Assembly (NCBI GenBank): GCA_034002405.1 | Contig: JAVFAS010000007.1 | Location: 4,015-68,014, forward strand | Length of the DNA stretch: 64,000 nucleotides | Origin: Bacteroidota bacterium | GTDB taxonomy: Bacteria; Bacteroidota; Ignavibacteria; SZUA-365 | Direction: 5' to 3' | Shown: positions 29,062 through 39,363 of the stretch, piece after piece | Layout of the letters: the number at the start of each line of letters is the position of its first letter | Numbering within the stretch: position 1 is the first letter of the stretch | The notes under the pieces: model-generated | What the model saw: only the letters and a program-made list of their open reading frames with translations | What the model was told of the DNA's origin: nothing | The model's database searches: none | Made by a program: the position numbers and the translations under genes

Positions 29062-30048
29062 ATGATTACCGCAGCCATCACCGCTGTCGGGCATTACGCC
29101 CCTGAGAAGGTCGTCCCCAACAGCTACTTCGAATCGTACCTCGACACAACCGACGAATGGATTGTCGCCCGCACGGGCATCCGCGAACGCCGCTGGCTCG
29201 AGCACGGCGCAACCTCCGACCTCGCCGTCGAAGCCGCGCGCCGCGCGCTGGCGATGCGCGGCATCGGTCCGGAAGAGATCGAGTGCATCATCATCGCAAC
29301 CGTCACCCCCGACATGTTCTTCCCCAGCACCGCCGCGCTCGTGCAACACAAACTCGGTGCGACAAACGCCTGGGGCTTCGATCTGAGTGGCGCCTGCTCG
29401 GGATTCCTCTTCGCGCTCGCCACCGGTGTGCAATTCATTACCGCGGGCACGCACAAAAAGGTGCTGGTCATCGGCGCGGACAAGATGACCTCGATCATGG
29501 ACTTGGAAGATCGCAATACCTGCATTCTCTTCGGCGATGGCGGTGGAGCCGTGTTGCTCGAACCGAATCAGGAAGAAGGGTATGGCGTGCTTGACTGGGT
29601 CAACTTCCTCGACGGCTCGGGTATGGAAGCCTTGCACATGAAAGCCGGCGGCAGCGCGCATCCCGCCACGATGGAAACCGTGCAGAATAAAATGCATTAC
29701 ATCACCCAGGACGGAAAGGCCGTGTTCAAGGTCGCCGTCGTGGGCATGGCCGACGTGTCGGTCGACATCATGACGCGCAACAACCTCACGTCGAAGGACA
29801 TCGCCTGGCTCGTGCCGCATCAGGCGAACATGCGCATTATCCAATCCACCGCCGATCGCATGGGGCTCGAGATGGAGCGCGTGATGGTCAACATCGACCG
29901 CTATGGGAACACCACGGCGGCGACCATCCCGAGCTGCCTCGCCGAGTATTACGCCGACGGCCATCTCAAACGCGGCGACAATATCGTACTCGCAAGCTTC
30001 GGCGCGGGCTACACCTGGGGCGCCTCGCTCGTGCGTTGGTCAATCTGA
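29062..30048 (+). CDS. fabH: 3-oxoacyl-ACP synthase III
   Basis: Active-site Cys in GFDLSGACSGFLFAL. His-Asn in the LVPHQANMRI region. 328 aa. Confidence 0.95.
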   Translation: MITAAITAVGHYAPEKVVPNSYFESYLDTTDEWIVARTGIRERRWLEHGATSDLAVEAARRALAMRGIGPEEIECIIIATVTPDMFFPSTAALVQHKLGATNAWGFDLSGACSGFLFALATGVQFITAGTHKKVLVIGADKMTSIMDLEDRNTCILFGDGGGAVLLEPNQEEGYGVLDWVNFLDGSGMEALHMKAGGSAHPATMETVQNKMHYITQDGKAVFKVAVVGMADVSVDIMTRNNLTSKDIAWLVPHQANMRIIQSTADRMGLEMERVMVNIDRYGNTTAATIPSCLAEYYADGHLKRGDNIVLASFGAGYTWGASLVRWSI

Positions 30049-30065
30049 GCAGAGGAGGACCCGCG

Positions 30066-30974
30066 ATGAACACCGCATTACTCTTCCCCGGACAGGCATC
30101 CCAATATGTCGGCATGGGCAAGGACCTGTATGAAAACCATGCCCGTGCCCGCGCGCTCTTCGACCTCGCCAACGACATCATGGAGACCGACCTGCGCGGC
30201 ATCTGTTTCGAGGGTCCGGCCGAGGAACTCAAGCAAACAAAGTACACCCAGCCCGCCATCTTCGTGCACAGCGTGATCATGGCCGAGCTGTTGGGCGTGA
30301 CGCCCGATGCCGCGGCGGGACATTCGCTCGGCGAATACAGCGCGCTCGTCGCCGCCGGCGCGTTGACCTTCGAGGATGGCCTTCGCCTGGTCAGGAAGCG
30401 TGGTGAACTCATGCAGGAGTCCGGCACCCGCTCGCCCGGGACCATGGCCGCCGTCATCGGCGCCGAGGCCGATGTGGTCGAGGAGGCATGCCACGAATCC
30501 GCGGAAGCCGGGATCGTGCAGGCAGCGAATTTCAATTCTCCCGGACAGATCGTTATCTCCGGCAGCATCGACGCCATTGATCGCGCGATGGAACTGCTCA
30601 AGGCGAAGGGCGTGCGACTGGTGAAGAAGCTCCCGGTCAGCGGCGCGTTTCACTCTCCGCTCATGCAGTATGCGCAGGATGAACTCGGCGCGGTGCTCGA
30701 CGCCACTCCGATCAGCGATGCGCGCTTCCCGGTCTACAGCAACGTCACCGGACTCCCGGAGCGGGAGGCCACGGAGATCCGCGCGAACCTGCTTCGCCAG
30801 GTGACCAGTCCGGTGCTCTGGCATGGCAGCATGGAGCGGATGCGCACCGACGGAATGGACCGTTTCATCGAATGCGGTCCGGGCAACGTGCTGCAGGGAT
30901 TGATGAAGCGCATCGATCCCGACGCCGCTTGTGTCACTGCCGGCACACATGAAGAGTTACTGTCACTGAAATAA
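30066..30974 (+). CDS. fabD: malonyl CoA-ACP transacylase
   Basis: LLFPGQASQYVGMG and GHSLGEYSALVAAGA catalytic Ser motif. Confidence 0.95.
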   Translation: MNTALLFPGQASQYVGMGKDLYENHARARALFDLANDIMETDLRGICFEGPAEELKQTKYTQPAIFVHSVIMAELLGVTPDAAAGHSLGEYSALVAAGALTFEDGLRLVRKRGELMQESGTRSPGTMAAVIGAEADVVEEACHESAEAGIVQAANFNSPGQIVISGSIDAIDRAMELLKAKGVRLVKKLPVSGAFHSPLMQYAQDELGAVLDATPISDARFPVYSNVTGLPEREATEIRANLLRQVTSPVLWHGSMERMRTDGMDRFIECGPGNVLQGLMKRIDPDAACVTAGTHEELLSLK

Positions 30975-31018
30975 CGTATATTACCGGGACGTATTGTCCC
31001 ATGGAAGGATAACACGCT

Positions 31019-31765
31019 ATGAGTCTGTTGAAAGGAGCCAACGCCATCGTCACCGGGGGCGCCCGCGGCATCGGCCGTGCCATCGTGCGCAGCTTCGTCG
31101 CGGAGGGCGCCAATGTCGCCGTGTTCGACGTCGTGTTTCCCGACGATTTCGAAGCCTTCGCCACGGAGATGCGAGCGGCTGGGGCGAAGATCGACGCCTA
31201 CGCGGTCGACATCACCGACGGCGCGGCGGCGGACAAGGCCGTCGAGGACATGCACGCCGCCTACGGATCGCTGGACATCCTCGTCAACAATGCGGGCATC
31301 ACGCGCGACAAGCTCATGCTGCGCATGAACGATGACGACTGGGACAAGGTACTGGCGGTGAATCTCAAGGGCGCATTCATCATGACCCGTGCCGCGGCCC
31401 GCATCATGGTGCGCCAACGCGCGGGCAAGATCGTCAACATGAGTTCCGTCGTCGGAGTGATGGGCAACGCCGGCCAGGCCAACTATGCGGCATCGAAGGC
31501 CGGCCTCATCGGCCTGACCAAATCGACGGCGAAAGAACTGGCCGGACGCGGCATCAACGTCAACGCCATCGCCCCGGGCTATGTCGAGACCGAGATGACG
31601 CATGTCCTGAGCGAGGAGCAGCGCAACGCTTTCCTGTCGGTCATCCCGCTTCGCCGTGGCTGCTCGCCCGACGAGATCGCCGACACCGTCGTGTTCCTCT
31701 CCTCCGCCAAATCGGCCTACATCACCGGCCAGGTGATCAATGTCGACGGCGGCATGATCATGTAG
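31019..31765 (+). CDS. fabG: 3-oxoacyl-ACP reductase
   Basis: SDR: [11 protein letters not shown] Rossmann motif. NNAGI. Catalytic YAASKAG. Confidence 0.9.
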   Translation: MSLLKGANAIVTGGARGIGRAIVRSFVAEGANVAVFDVVFPDDFEAFATEMRAAGAKIDAYAVDITDGAAADKAVEDMHAAYGSLDILVNNAGITRDKLMLRMNDDDWDKVLAVNLKGAFIMTRAAARIMVRQRAGKIVNMSSVVGVMGNAGQANYAASKAGLIGLTKSTAKELAGRGINVNAIAPGYVETEMTHVLSEEQRNAFLSVIPLRRGCSPDEIADTVVFLSSAKSAYITGQVINVDGGMIM

Positions 31766-31823
31766 AAAAAAGACCGTATCGTATCATATTCATCAACACA
31801 ATCCCACATTACCGGAGGACCCC

Positions 31824-32063
31824 ATGTCCGCAGATGTCACCCAGAAAGTCAAGCAGATCATCGTCAACAAGCTCGGCGTCGAAGAGAGCCAGATCACCGA
31901 TACCGCGTCGTTCACCAACGACCTCGGTGCCGATTCCCTCGACACGGTCGAGTTGGTCATGGAATTCGAGAAGGAATTCGATCTGACCATCGCGGACGAA
32001 GACGCGGAAAAGATCACCACCGTCGGCGACGCCGTGAAATATATCTCCGAGAAGCTCGGCTGA
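31824..32063 (+). CDS. acpP: acyl carrier protein
   Basis: [16 protein letters not shown] phosphopantetheine-attachment Ser motif. 79 aa. Confidence 0.95.
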   Translation: MSADVTQKVKQIIVNKLGVEESQITDTASFTNDLGADSLDTVELVMEFEKEFDLTIADEDAEKITTVGDAVKYISEKLG

Positions 32064-32139
32064 TCGCCGACGCCCCGTATCTACTGAATGTTCATCATCC
32101 CGTCCTTCCGGGGACGGGAATCCATTTTGGAGGTCTTCC

Positions 32140-33390
32140 ATGAATAGACGACGAGTTGTTGTCACCGGCCTCGGCACGGTCAATCCGATTGGAAACTCCG
32201 TGCAGGAATTCTGGAACAACGCACTCGCCGGTGTGAGCGGCGCGGATTTCATCACGGCGTTCGACACAACCGATTTCAAGACCAAGTTCGCCTGTGAGGT
32301 GAAGGGCTTCGACGCGGAGAACTTCATCGACCGGAAGGCGGTCAAACGCATGGACAAATTCACCCACTACGCCGTCGCCTCGGCCTCGATGGCGATCGAG
32401 GATGCCGGCCTGACGGCCGAGAATGTCGATCACGAACGTGTCGGTGTCATCATCGGCTCGGGAATCGGCGGCATGTGGACGAATTGGGATCAGCAGAACC
32501 TGTTCTTCGAAGAAAAATCGCCACGACGCATCAGTCCGTTTTTCGTCCCGATGCTGATCTCCGACATCGCCGCCGGTCATGTCTCGATCCAGCATGGATT
32601 CAAGGGACCGAATTACGCGACGACTTCCGCCTGCGCCACATCGGCGCATGCCATTGGTGATGCGTTGATGCTGATCGAACGCGGCGATGCCGATGTGATG
32701 ATCACCGGTGGGGCCGAATCCGCCATCTGTCCGATGGGGGTCGCGGGATTCAATGCCGCGCGCGCCCTTTCGACCTTCAACGAGAATCCATCCGTCGCGA
32801 GCCGTCCGTTCGACAAGGAGCGCGACGGGTTTGTCATGGGCGACGGTGGCGCGATCATCGTACTCGAGGAACTCGGCCATGCCGTACGCCGCGGCGCGAA
32901 GATCTATGCCGAACTCTCGGGCATGGGCTTCACCGCCGATGCCTACCACATCACCGAGCCTGCCCCTGGCGGCGAGGGCGCGGTGCGTTCGATGCGCGCG
33001 GCACTGCGCAACGCCGGTCTCCAACCCGAGGATGTGCAGGTGATCAACGCGCATGGCACCTCGACGCTTTATAACGACCGCAACGAGACGGCGGCGATCA
33101 AAACCGTCTTCGGAGAATACGCTCCGAAACTCAAGATCAACTCCACCAAATCGATGACCGGCCACCTGCTTGGCGCGGCCGGCGCGGTCGAGGCGATTGT
33201 CTCGTCGCTGATGATCCATACCGGGAAGGTCCATCCGACCATCAATTACCGCACCCCCGATCCCGAGTGCGATCTCGATTACGTCCCCACGACCGCCATC
33301 GATCACACGGTCGATGTCGTCCTGTCCAACTCCTTCGGTTTTGGCGGTCACAATGTGACATTGCTGTTCCGGAAGTATACGGACGCCTGA
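32140..33390 (+). CDS. fabF: 3-oxoacyl-ACP synthase II
   Basis: Active-site Cys in ATTSACATSAHAIG. HxxxH/GHLLGAAG motifs. 416 aa. Confidence 0.95.
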   Translation: MNRRRVVVTGLGTVNPIGNSVQEFWNNALAGVSGADFITAFDTTDFKTKFACEVKGFDAENFIDRKAVKRMDKFTHYAVASASMAIEDAGLTAENVDHERVGVIIGSGIGGMWTNWDQQNLFFEEKSPRRISPFFVPMLISDIAAGHVSIQHGFKGPNYATTSACATSAHAIGDALMLIERGDADVMITGGAESAICPMGVAGFNAARALSTFNENPSVASRPFDKERDGFVMGDGGAIIVLEELGHAVRRGAKIYAELSGMGFTADAYHITEPAPGGEGAVRSMRAALRNAGLQPEDVQVINAHGTSTLYNDRNETAAIKTVFGEYAPKLKINSTKSMTGHLLGAAGAVEAIVSSLMIHTGKVHPTINYRTPDPECDLDYVPTTAIDHTVDVVLSNSFGFGGHNVTLLFRKYTDA

Positions 33391-33407
33391 TGTGAACGAT
33401 TGAACAC

Positions 33408-34238
33408 ATGTTCAAATTTCTCCGCTCGTTAGCGGCAAAGCGCAATACTCCCAGACGAACGACATCCACTCCTCCTCCTGCCGCGCAGGAGGAGGAGCGG
33501 CTTGCCCTCTCGGCGTTCGCGACCCTTGACAGTGCCGAATTCACCCGCCGCACGGGCTACCCGATTCGGAACAAGGAATACTTCCTTCAGGCGGTCATCC
33601 ACCGCTCCTATTTGCAGTTGTGTCCCCCCGGCCAGTTCCAGTCCAACGAACGCATGGAATTTCTTGGCGACTCGGTGTTGAACCAGGTCGTGGGCGAATA
33701 TCTGTATCACGCCTTTCCAAGCGCCGAGGAAGGCCAGCTTTCGAAAATGCGCTCGCGTCTGGTGAGCCGCTTCGCGCTCGCCGACTGCGCGCGTCGGTTG
33801 CGGCTCGAGGATTTCCTCCTGCTCAGTCCGAGCGCGCATCAATCGATCGCCGATGGCAGCGAGTCGATCCTCGTCGACGCAGTCGAAGCCTTTGTCGCCG
33901 CGATCTATCTCGATGGCGGATACAACGCCGCCCGTGCCTTCATCACCGGGCATCTGCTCGATGTGTTTGGCGGCGCGCGCATCACCGTCGACGACAACTA
34001 CAAGAGCCGGCTGCTCGAATATTCGCAGGCGCGGGGACTCGGAACGCCGCGGTATGTGACGATCGACGAATCCGGTCCCGACCACAATCCCGTGTTCACC
34101 GTCGAAGTGCAGGTCGGCGGTGTGCCGGTCGGTGACGGCAAGGGTGGCAATAAAAAAGCCGCCGAGCAAGGCGCCGCCGCACGGGCGCTCACCTATCTGC
34201 AATCGAAAGAGGACGGCGCATCGCTTTCCTCGCTTTAA
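33408..34238 (+). CDS. rnc: ribonuclease III (with about 45-aa low-complexity N-terminal extension)
   Basis: ERMEFLGDSVLNQVV RNase III signature. C-terminal dsRBD (GPDHNPVFTVEVQV...KKAAEQGAA). Confidence 0.9.
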   Translation: MFKFLRSLAAKRNTPRRTTSTPPPAAQEEERLALSAFATLDSAEFTRRTGYPIRNKEYFLQAVIHRSYLQLCPPGQFQSNERMEFLGDSVLNQVVGEYLYHAFPSAEEGQLSKMRSRLVSRFALADCARRLRLEDFLLLSPSAHQSIADGSESILVDAVEAFVAAIYLDGGYNAARAFITGHLLDVFGGARITVDDNYKSRLLEYSQARGLGTPRYVTIDESGPDHNPVFTVEVQVGGVPVGDGKGGNKKAAEQGAAARALTYLQSKEDGASLSSL

Positions 34239-34265
34239 GCACCTCATACCCACTACGGCCCCATC

Positions 34266-37145
34266 ATGAAACGTACCCATCTCCACGAAACGCCGTTTGA
34301 AAACCGCCACATCGGTCCCAGTCTCGCCGAGGAACAGGAAATGCTTCGCGTCCTGGGCGTCGACTCGGTCGATGCGCTCATCGACCAGACCGTCCCCACC
34401 GACATCCGCCGCCACGACCCACTCGCGATCGCCGACGGGCTTGGCGAGCACAGCTATCTCCGCATGCTCGAGGAGAAGGCCGCGAAAAACAAGATCTTCC
34501 GCTCCTATATCGGGCTCGGCTATTATGGCACCCGTGTGCCCAGCGTGATCCGCCGCAACATCTTCGAGAATCCCGGTTGGTACACCAGCTATACGCCCTA
34601 CCAGGCCGAAATCTCGCAGGGACGGCTTGAAGCCATACTCAACTTCCAGACCATGGTGGCCGACCTGACGGGAATGGAAATCGCCAATGCCTCGCTCCTC
34701 GACGAAGGAACCGCGGCGGGCGAGGCGATGATCATGGCGCACAGCATTGTCCGGCGGAGCGCCAGCCGGAAGCACAGCAATACATTCCTCGTCGCCGACA
34801 CCTGCTTCCCGCAGACCGTGGATGTCGTGCGCACGCGTGCCGAACCACTGGGCATCGAGGTCGTGCTCGGGAAACTCCGGGATACCGTCCTCGACGACTC
34901 CTATTTCGGCGTGCTCGTGCAATACCCCGATGGCAACGGGAGCGTGGAGGACTACCGAGACATCGTTGCCGCCGCGCACGCCCTCGGCATCATGGTCGTA
35001 TTCGCCACCGATCTGATGGCGCTCACGCAGCTCACCCCGCCGGGCGAGATGGATGCGGACATCGTCGTCGGAAATTCACAGCGCTTCGGCGTGCCGATGG
35101 GATTCGGCGGTCCCCATGCCGCATTTTTCGCGACCAAGCAATCCTACATCCGCCAGATGCCCGGACGCATCATCGGCGTCTCCGTCGACCGTCACGGCAC
35201 GCGGGCGTATCGCATGACGCTGCAGACACGCGAGCAGCATATCAAGCGGGAAAAGGCAACCTCGAACATCTGCACCGCTCAGGCCTTGCTCGCCATCATG
35301 GCCGGCATGTACGGCGTGTACCATGGTCCGGAAGGGCTCCATGCCATCGGCGCCGGCATTCATCGCGCCGCGACGGCGATCGACCGCGGCCTCGCACGCC
35401 TCGGGTTCGCGCAGTTGAACACACGCTACTTCGACACATTGCTGGTGAACGCCGATGCGTCGGCGGTACGCGCCGCCGCGGAGAACGCCGGGATCAACTT
35501 CCGCATCATTGATGAACACCATGTCGGAATATCGGTGGACGAAACCGTCGACGAACGTGACGTCGCCGACATCCTCGGCGTCTTCGCATCGGTCGCGGGC
35601 AAGCGCATTGATGTCGACGACGCCCTGTTCGCCGATCCCGCTGCCTACGGCGACGGACTCGATCGCGCGCCTACGTATCTGACGCATCCGGTGTTCAACA
35701 TGAACCGCTCCGAGACCGAGATGATGCGCTACATCAAGCGTCTCGAGAACCGCGACATCTCGCTGGTGCATTCGATGATCTCTCTCGGCTCCTGCACCAT
35801 GAAACTCAATGCCGCGACCGAAATGCTGCCCGTCACGTGGCCGGCGTTCTCGTCCATTCATCCCTTCGTCCCGGCCGAGCAGGTGACAGGCTATCACGAG
35901 ATGATCACGGAGTTCGAGGCCATGCTCAGCGAGGTCACGGGCTTCGCGGCCACCTCGCTGCAGCCGAACTCCGGCGCGCAGGGCGAATACACCGGACTGA
36001 TGGTCATCCGCGCCTTCCACATCGCCAACGGCCAGCCCCAGCGCGACGTCGTGCTTATTCCCTCCTCTGCCCACGGCACGAATCCCGCCAGCGCGGTGAT
36101 GGCCGGAGCGAAGGTGGTGATCGTGGCCTGTGACGAACGCGGCAACATCGACGTTTCCGACCTGCGTGCGAAATCCACCCAGTACAGCGAAACCCTTTCC
36201 GCGTTGATGGTCACCTACCCGTCAACGCATGGCGTGTTCGAGGCCTCGATCAAGGAAATCTGCGCCATCATCCATGAACACGGCGGACAGGTGTACATGG
36301 ACGGCGCGAATCTCAATGCGCAGCTCGGACTGACCAGTCCCGCACTCATCGGCGCGGACGTCTGCCACCTCAATCTGCACAAGACCTTCGCCATCCCGCA
36401 TGGCGGCGGCGGTCCGGGTGTCGGGCCCATCTCCGTGGCCGCGCATCTCGCGCCCTACCTTCCCGGCCACCCGGTGGTCGGCACCGGTGGCACGCAAGCC
36501 ATCCGTGCCGTGTCCTCCGCGCCCTGGGGCAGCGCCAGTGTCCTGCCCATTTCCTACGGCTACATGAAGATGCTGGGCGGAAGCGGCCTCACCATGGCAA
36601 CGAAATTCGCCATCCTCAACGCCAACTATCTCAAGGCCCTGCTGGAAAAGGACTACAAGATCCTCTATGCAGGCGAGAACGGCCGCGTGGCGCATGAGTT
36701 CATCCTCGACCTGCGACCGTTCAAGGACGCGCACATCGAAGCCATCGACGTGGCCAAGCGCCTGATGGATTACGGTTTCCACGCACCGACGGTCGCCTTC
36801 CCCGTCGCAGGTACGTTGATGATCGAGCCGACCGAAAGCGAATGCAAGGCCGAACTCGACCGCTTCGCCTCGGCCCTACTCGAAATCCGCAAGGAGATCC
36901 AGGAAATCATCGACGGCGCCATCGATGCCGAGGATAATCCCATCAAAAACGCCCCGCACACCGCGACCGAAGCGCTCGCCGAAACCTGGGCGCATCCCTA
37001 CAGCCGCGAACGCGCCGTCTTTCCCCTTCCCTATGTCCGGACCCAGAAGGTCTGGACTCCCGTCGGCCGCATCGACGACTCCTACGGCGATCGCAATATC
37101 ATGTGTTCGTGTCCCCCGATCGACGCCTACACCGACAACCCCTGA
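34266..37145 (+). CDS. gcvP: glycine dehydrogenase (decarboxylating), single-chain P-protein
   Basis: 959 aa. Both PLP-dependent halves are present. CHLNLHKTFAIPHGGGGPG lysine region. Confidence 0.95.
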   Translation: MKRTHLHETPFENRHIGPSLAEEQEMLRVLGVDSVDALIDQTVPTDIRRHDPLAIADGLGEHSYLRMLEEKAAKNKIFRSYIGLGYYGTRVPSVIRRNIFENPGWYTSYTPYQAEISQGRLEAILNFQTMVADLTGMEIANASLLDEGTAAGEAMIMAHSIVRRSASRKHSNTFLVADTCFPQTVDVVRTRAEPLGIEVVLGKLRDTVLDDSYFGVLVQYPDGNGSVEDYRDIVAAAHALGIMVVFATDLMALTQLTPPGEMDADIVVGNSQRFGVPMGFGGPHAAFFATKQSYIRQMPGRIIGVSVDRHGTRAYRMTLQTREQHIKREKATSNICTAQALLAIMAGMYGVYHGPEGLHAIGAGIHRAATAIDRGLARLGFAQLNTRYFDTLLVNADASAVRAAAENAGINFRIIDEHHVGISVDETVDERDVADILGVFASVAGKRIDVDDALFADPAAYGDGLDRAPTYLTHPVFNMNRSETEMMRYIKRLENRDISLVHSMISLGSCTMKLNAATEMLPVTWPAFSSIHPFVPAEQVTGYHEMITEFEAMLSEVTGFAATSLQPNSGAQGEYTGLMVIRAFHIANGQPQRDVVLIPSSAHGTNPASAVMAGAKVVIVACDERGNIDVSDLRAKSTQYSETLSALMVTYPSTHGVFEASIKEICAIIHEHGGQVYMDGANLNAQLGLTSPALIGADVCHLNLHKTFAIPHGGGGPGVGPISVAAHLAPYLPGHPVVGTGGTQAIRAVSSAPWGSASVLPISYGYMKMLGGSGLTMATKFAILNANYLKALLEKDYKILYAGENGRVAHEFILDLRPFKDAHIEAIDVAKRLMDYGFHAPTVAFPVAGTLMIEPTESECKAELDRFASALLEIRKEIQEIIDGAIDAEDNPIKNAPHTATEALAETWAHPYSRERAVFPLPYVRTQKVWTPVGRIDDSYGDRNIMCSCPPIDAYTDNP

Positions 37146-37168
37146 CACCGCGACACGCAGACCTTCCA

Positions 37169-37200
37169 GAGGCCGCCCACCCCGGGCGGCCTCTTCCTTT
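37169..37200 (+). terminator. rho-independent terminator after gcvP
   Basis: GAGGCCGCCC-ACCCC-GGGCGGCCTC followed by a TTCCTTT run. Confidence 0.6.
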
Positions 37201-37275
37201 CACCCCTCCACCCCTCCACCCCTCCACCCCTTCACCTTTTGACCTTTTGACCTTTTGACCTTTTGACCTTTTGAC
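37201..37275 (+). repeat. two adjacent octamer microsatellites: (CACCCCTC)x3-4 then (CTTTTGAC)x5
   Basis: Read directly from the sequence. Lies between the gcvP terminator and the downstream lipoprotein gene. Each CTTTTGAC unit contains a TTGAC(C) -35-like hexamer. Confidence 0.8.
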
Positions 37276-37341
37276 CTCCATTGCCAGATTCCCCGCCGAA
37301 TACTACATTTCCCCATCCGACAATCCGAAATAGGACCACGC

Positions 37342-37833
37342 ATGAAACTCGCACATCTCTGTCTCCTCCCCCTCGCCCTGCTGTTCGCCTGCTCCTCCCA
37401 CTCCTCGCGGCCGGTCTTCTCCGACTACCTGGAAGTGCGCGAGGTGAAAACCGACGATCCGCTGGCGGCAAAATTTCTCGACGCCGACGAAGAGGAATAT
37501 CGCCTGGGCGATCCGGTCGTGACGGGAAAGGCCACCTCGCGGCTTCAGGTCAAACGGGCGGGGGACGAGCAGTACGACCTGCTGATCACGCTGCTCGCCG
37601 CGGAGGATTCGCGCTGGCGCCGTTTCGCACGCAGCAGGGGACGACAAGCCGCGCTCGTGATCGATGGCCGTGTACGCTGCGTGTTCGATGTGGCGGATCC
37701 GGGAGCACCGAAGGAGAATGAAGTACTCGTGGTGACGATTCCGAATGTCGCGCACACGGCGGAGGAAGCGGAGCAGCTCGATACCTTTCTCGAGGAGCGG
37801 CGCACGGCGAAGAAACGGAGCGTGACGGAATGA
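37342..37833 (+). CDS. hypothetical lipoprotein (163 aa)
   Basis: Signal peptide plus lipobox LLFACSS. No recognised domain. Confidence 0.5.
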   Translation: MKLAHLCLLPLALLFACSSHSSRPVFSDYLEVREVKTDDPLAAKFLDADEEEYRLGDPVVTGKATSRLQVKRAGDEQYDLLITLLAAEDSRWRRFARSRGRQAALVIDGRVRCVFDVADPGAPKENEVLVVTIPNVAHTAEEAEQLDTFLEERRTAKKRSVTE

Positions 37834-38444
37834 TGGGGGCACCCGCACGCATCGGACTCTGGACATCCTTGATTCTCCTCGTCGCGGTCGCGGTCTGGCT
37901 GGTATGGCCCGACCCGGTCATCGAGCGCGCACCCGGCGCACTGTGTCCCGAAATGCCCGTGCAGACACCCCCCTCACGCGCGACGCCCTGGCTGCATGGC
38001 GACTTCATGATCACGGCGCTTGCCGATTATGAAATCAGCGCCGTCGTGCTTTCGCGCGAGGAATACCACAGTGGGAAGGCAGCGGAACTCTCTCCCGTCG
38101 ATCTCGCACTGGGATGGGGGCGCATGTCCGATTCCTTCGTCTACGAAAAACTCGACATCTCGCAGGGGCACCGTTGGTACAAATGGGAACCGGACGGACT
38201 CGAGCCCATCCCCCGCCGCGAGATCGAACGCAGCAGTGCGAACGTGCATATCCTCCCCGCCAACGAATCGGTGCGCGATGCCCTCGACGAGGTGCATCGC
38301 GGCAGTATCGTGCGCATGCAGGGCTCCCTCGTCAAAGCCACGATGTCCAACGGCTGGCATTGGGTCAGCTCGACCACCCGCGACGACACCGGCGACGGCG
38401 CCTGCGAGGTATTCTGGGTCGAATCCCTCATCGTGGAGAACTGA
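37830..38444 (+). CDS. hypothetical membrane-anchored protein (204 aa)
   Basis: Start overlaps the upstream stop (ATGA). N-terminal TM helix LWTSLILLVAVAVWLVW. No recognised domain. Confidence 0.5.
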   Translation: MMGAPARIGLWTSLILLVAVAVWLVWPDPVIERAPGALCPEMPVQTPPSRATPWLHGDFMITALADYEISAVVLSREEYHSGKAAELSPVDLALGWGRMSDSFVYEKLDISQGHRWYKWEPDGLEPIPRREIERSSANVHILPANESVRDALDEVHRGSIVRMQGSLVKATMSNGWHWVSSTTRDDTGDGACEVFWVESLIVEN

Positions 38445-38587
38445 AGACAACCGCGAAATCGCGAAGACGCGAACAAGAGACGCGAATATTTTCCTTCGTC
38501 GTCGTTGCGCCTGCGTACACGAGATGAACCATCTTTCGCGTCTTTTTTGCGTTTTAGCGTCTTCGTGGTTTTTCTTACTTTTAACAC

Positions 38588-39163
38588 ATGAGTATCCTCC
38601 CGAAGAATTCCATCCTGCCCGAGGTGCTGGGAAGTATCCAGCATCTGTCTCCTGAAACATTCGCGCGGCGCGCGAAACGGATCCGACTCGTGCTGGCGGA
38701 CAACGACGGCGTGCTGACCGATACGGGCGTGTATTACGGCGCCGACGGCGAAGCGGTCAAGCGGTTCAGCATCCGTGATGGCATGGGCATGGAACGCCTG
38801 CGCGTGCTGGGTATCGAGTCAGGCATCATCACCGGCGAGAAATCGCTCAATGTCAAGCGCCGCGCGGAAAAGCTCAAGCTCAACCACCTCTACCTCGGGG
38901 TGAAGGACAAAACCGCCGCACTCGCGCGCATCCGCTTGGATACCGGATATTCGAATGAGGAAATCGCCTATATCGGTGACGACGTCAACGATCTCGGAAT
39001 CATGGACGTCATCGGCGAGGCCGGTCTCATCGCCGCTCCCGCCGACGCAATGCCGCAGGTGCGCGCCATCGCGCAGTATATCTGCTCGTGGCGTGGTGGC
39101 AATGGTGCCTTCCGCGATTTCGCGGAAGCACTGATTTCCGCGCGCATGAATAACCAAATGTAG
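38588..39163 (+). CDS. kdsC: 3-deoxy-D-manno-octulosonate 8-phosphate phosphatase (HAD superfamily, YrbI family)
   Basis: LVLADNDGVLTD (HAD motif I). GDDVNDLGIM (motif III). About 190 aa, typical for KdsC. Confidence 0.75.
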   Translation: MSILPKNSILPEVLGSIQHLSPETFARRAKRIRLVLADNDGVLTDTGVYYGADGEAVKRFSIRDGMGMERLRVLGIESGIITGEKSLNVKRRAEKLKLNHLYLGVKDKTAALARIRLDTGYSNEEIAYIGDDVNDLGIMDVIGEAGLIAAPADAMPQVRAIAQYICSWRGGNGAFRDFAEALISARMNNQM

Positions 39164-39240
39164 CGCCTCTGTCGTAGGCGACCCTGACGGAAGCGACCCC
39201 GCCTTCGGCAGGGTCGCGCTGTATGCTGTACGCTTTTCGT

Positions 39241-39310
39241 CCCTCGATACGCATCACGCTCCTTCGATACGCATCACGCTCCCTCGATACGCATCACGCT
39301 CCTTCGTCGC
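39241..39310 (+). repeat. 20-bp direct tandem repeat, about 3.5 copies (CC[CT]TCGATACGCATCACGCT)
   Basis: Read directly from the sequence. Sits in the convergent intergenic region between kdsC and the A2M gene. A short ATCTTGTC duplication follows. Confidence 0.8.
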
Positions 39311-39363
39311 GTGCCGCTACTCGGGATGACGATGTGCTCTCCATCTTGTCATCTTGTCATCTC

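Noticed and set aside
28432-29964. 510-aa minus-strand ORF over plsX/fabH, and similar long antisense ORFs over fabD, fabF, rnc/gcvP and the TonB-dependent receptor
   Set aside because: All lie opposite highly conserved housekeeping genes and are His/Arg/Gly-rich. Not credible genes.
39241-39310. Possible CRISPR array
   Set aside because: Repeats are directly adjacent with no spacers, only 3.5 copies of 20 bp, and no cas genes in the window.
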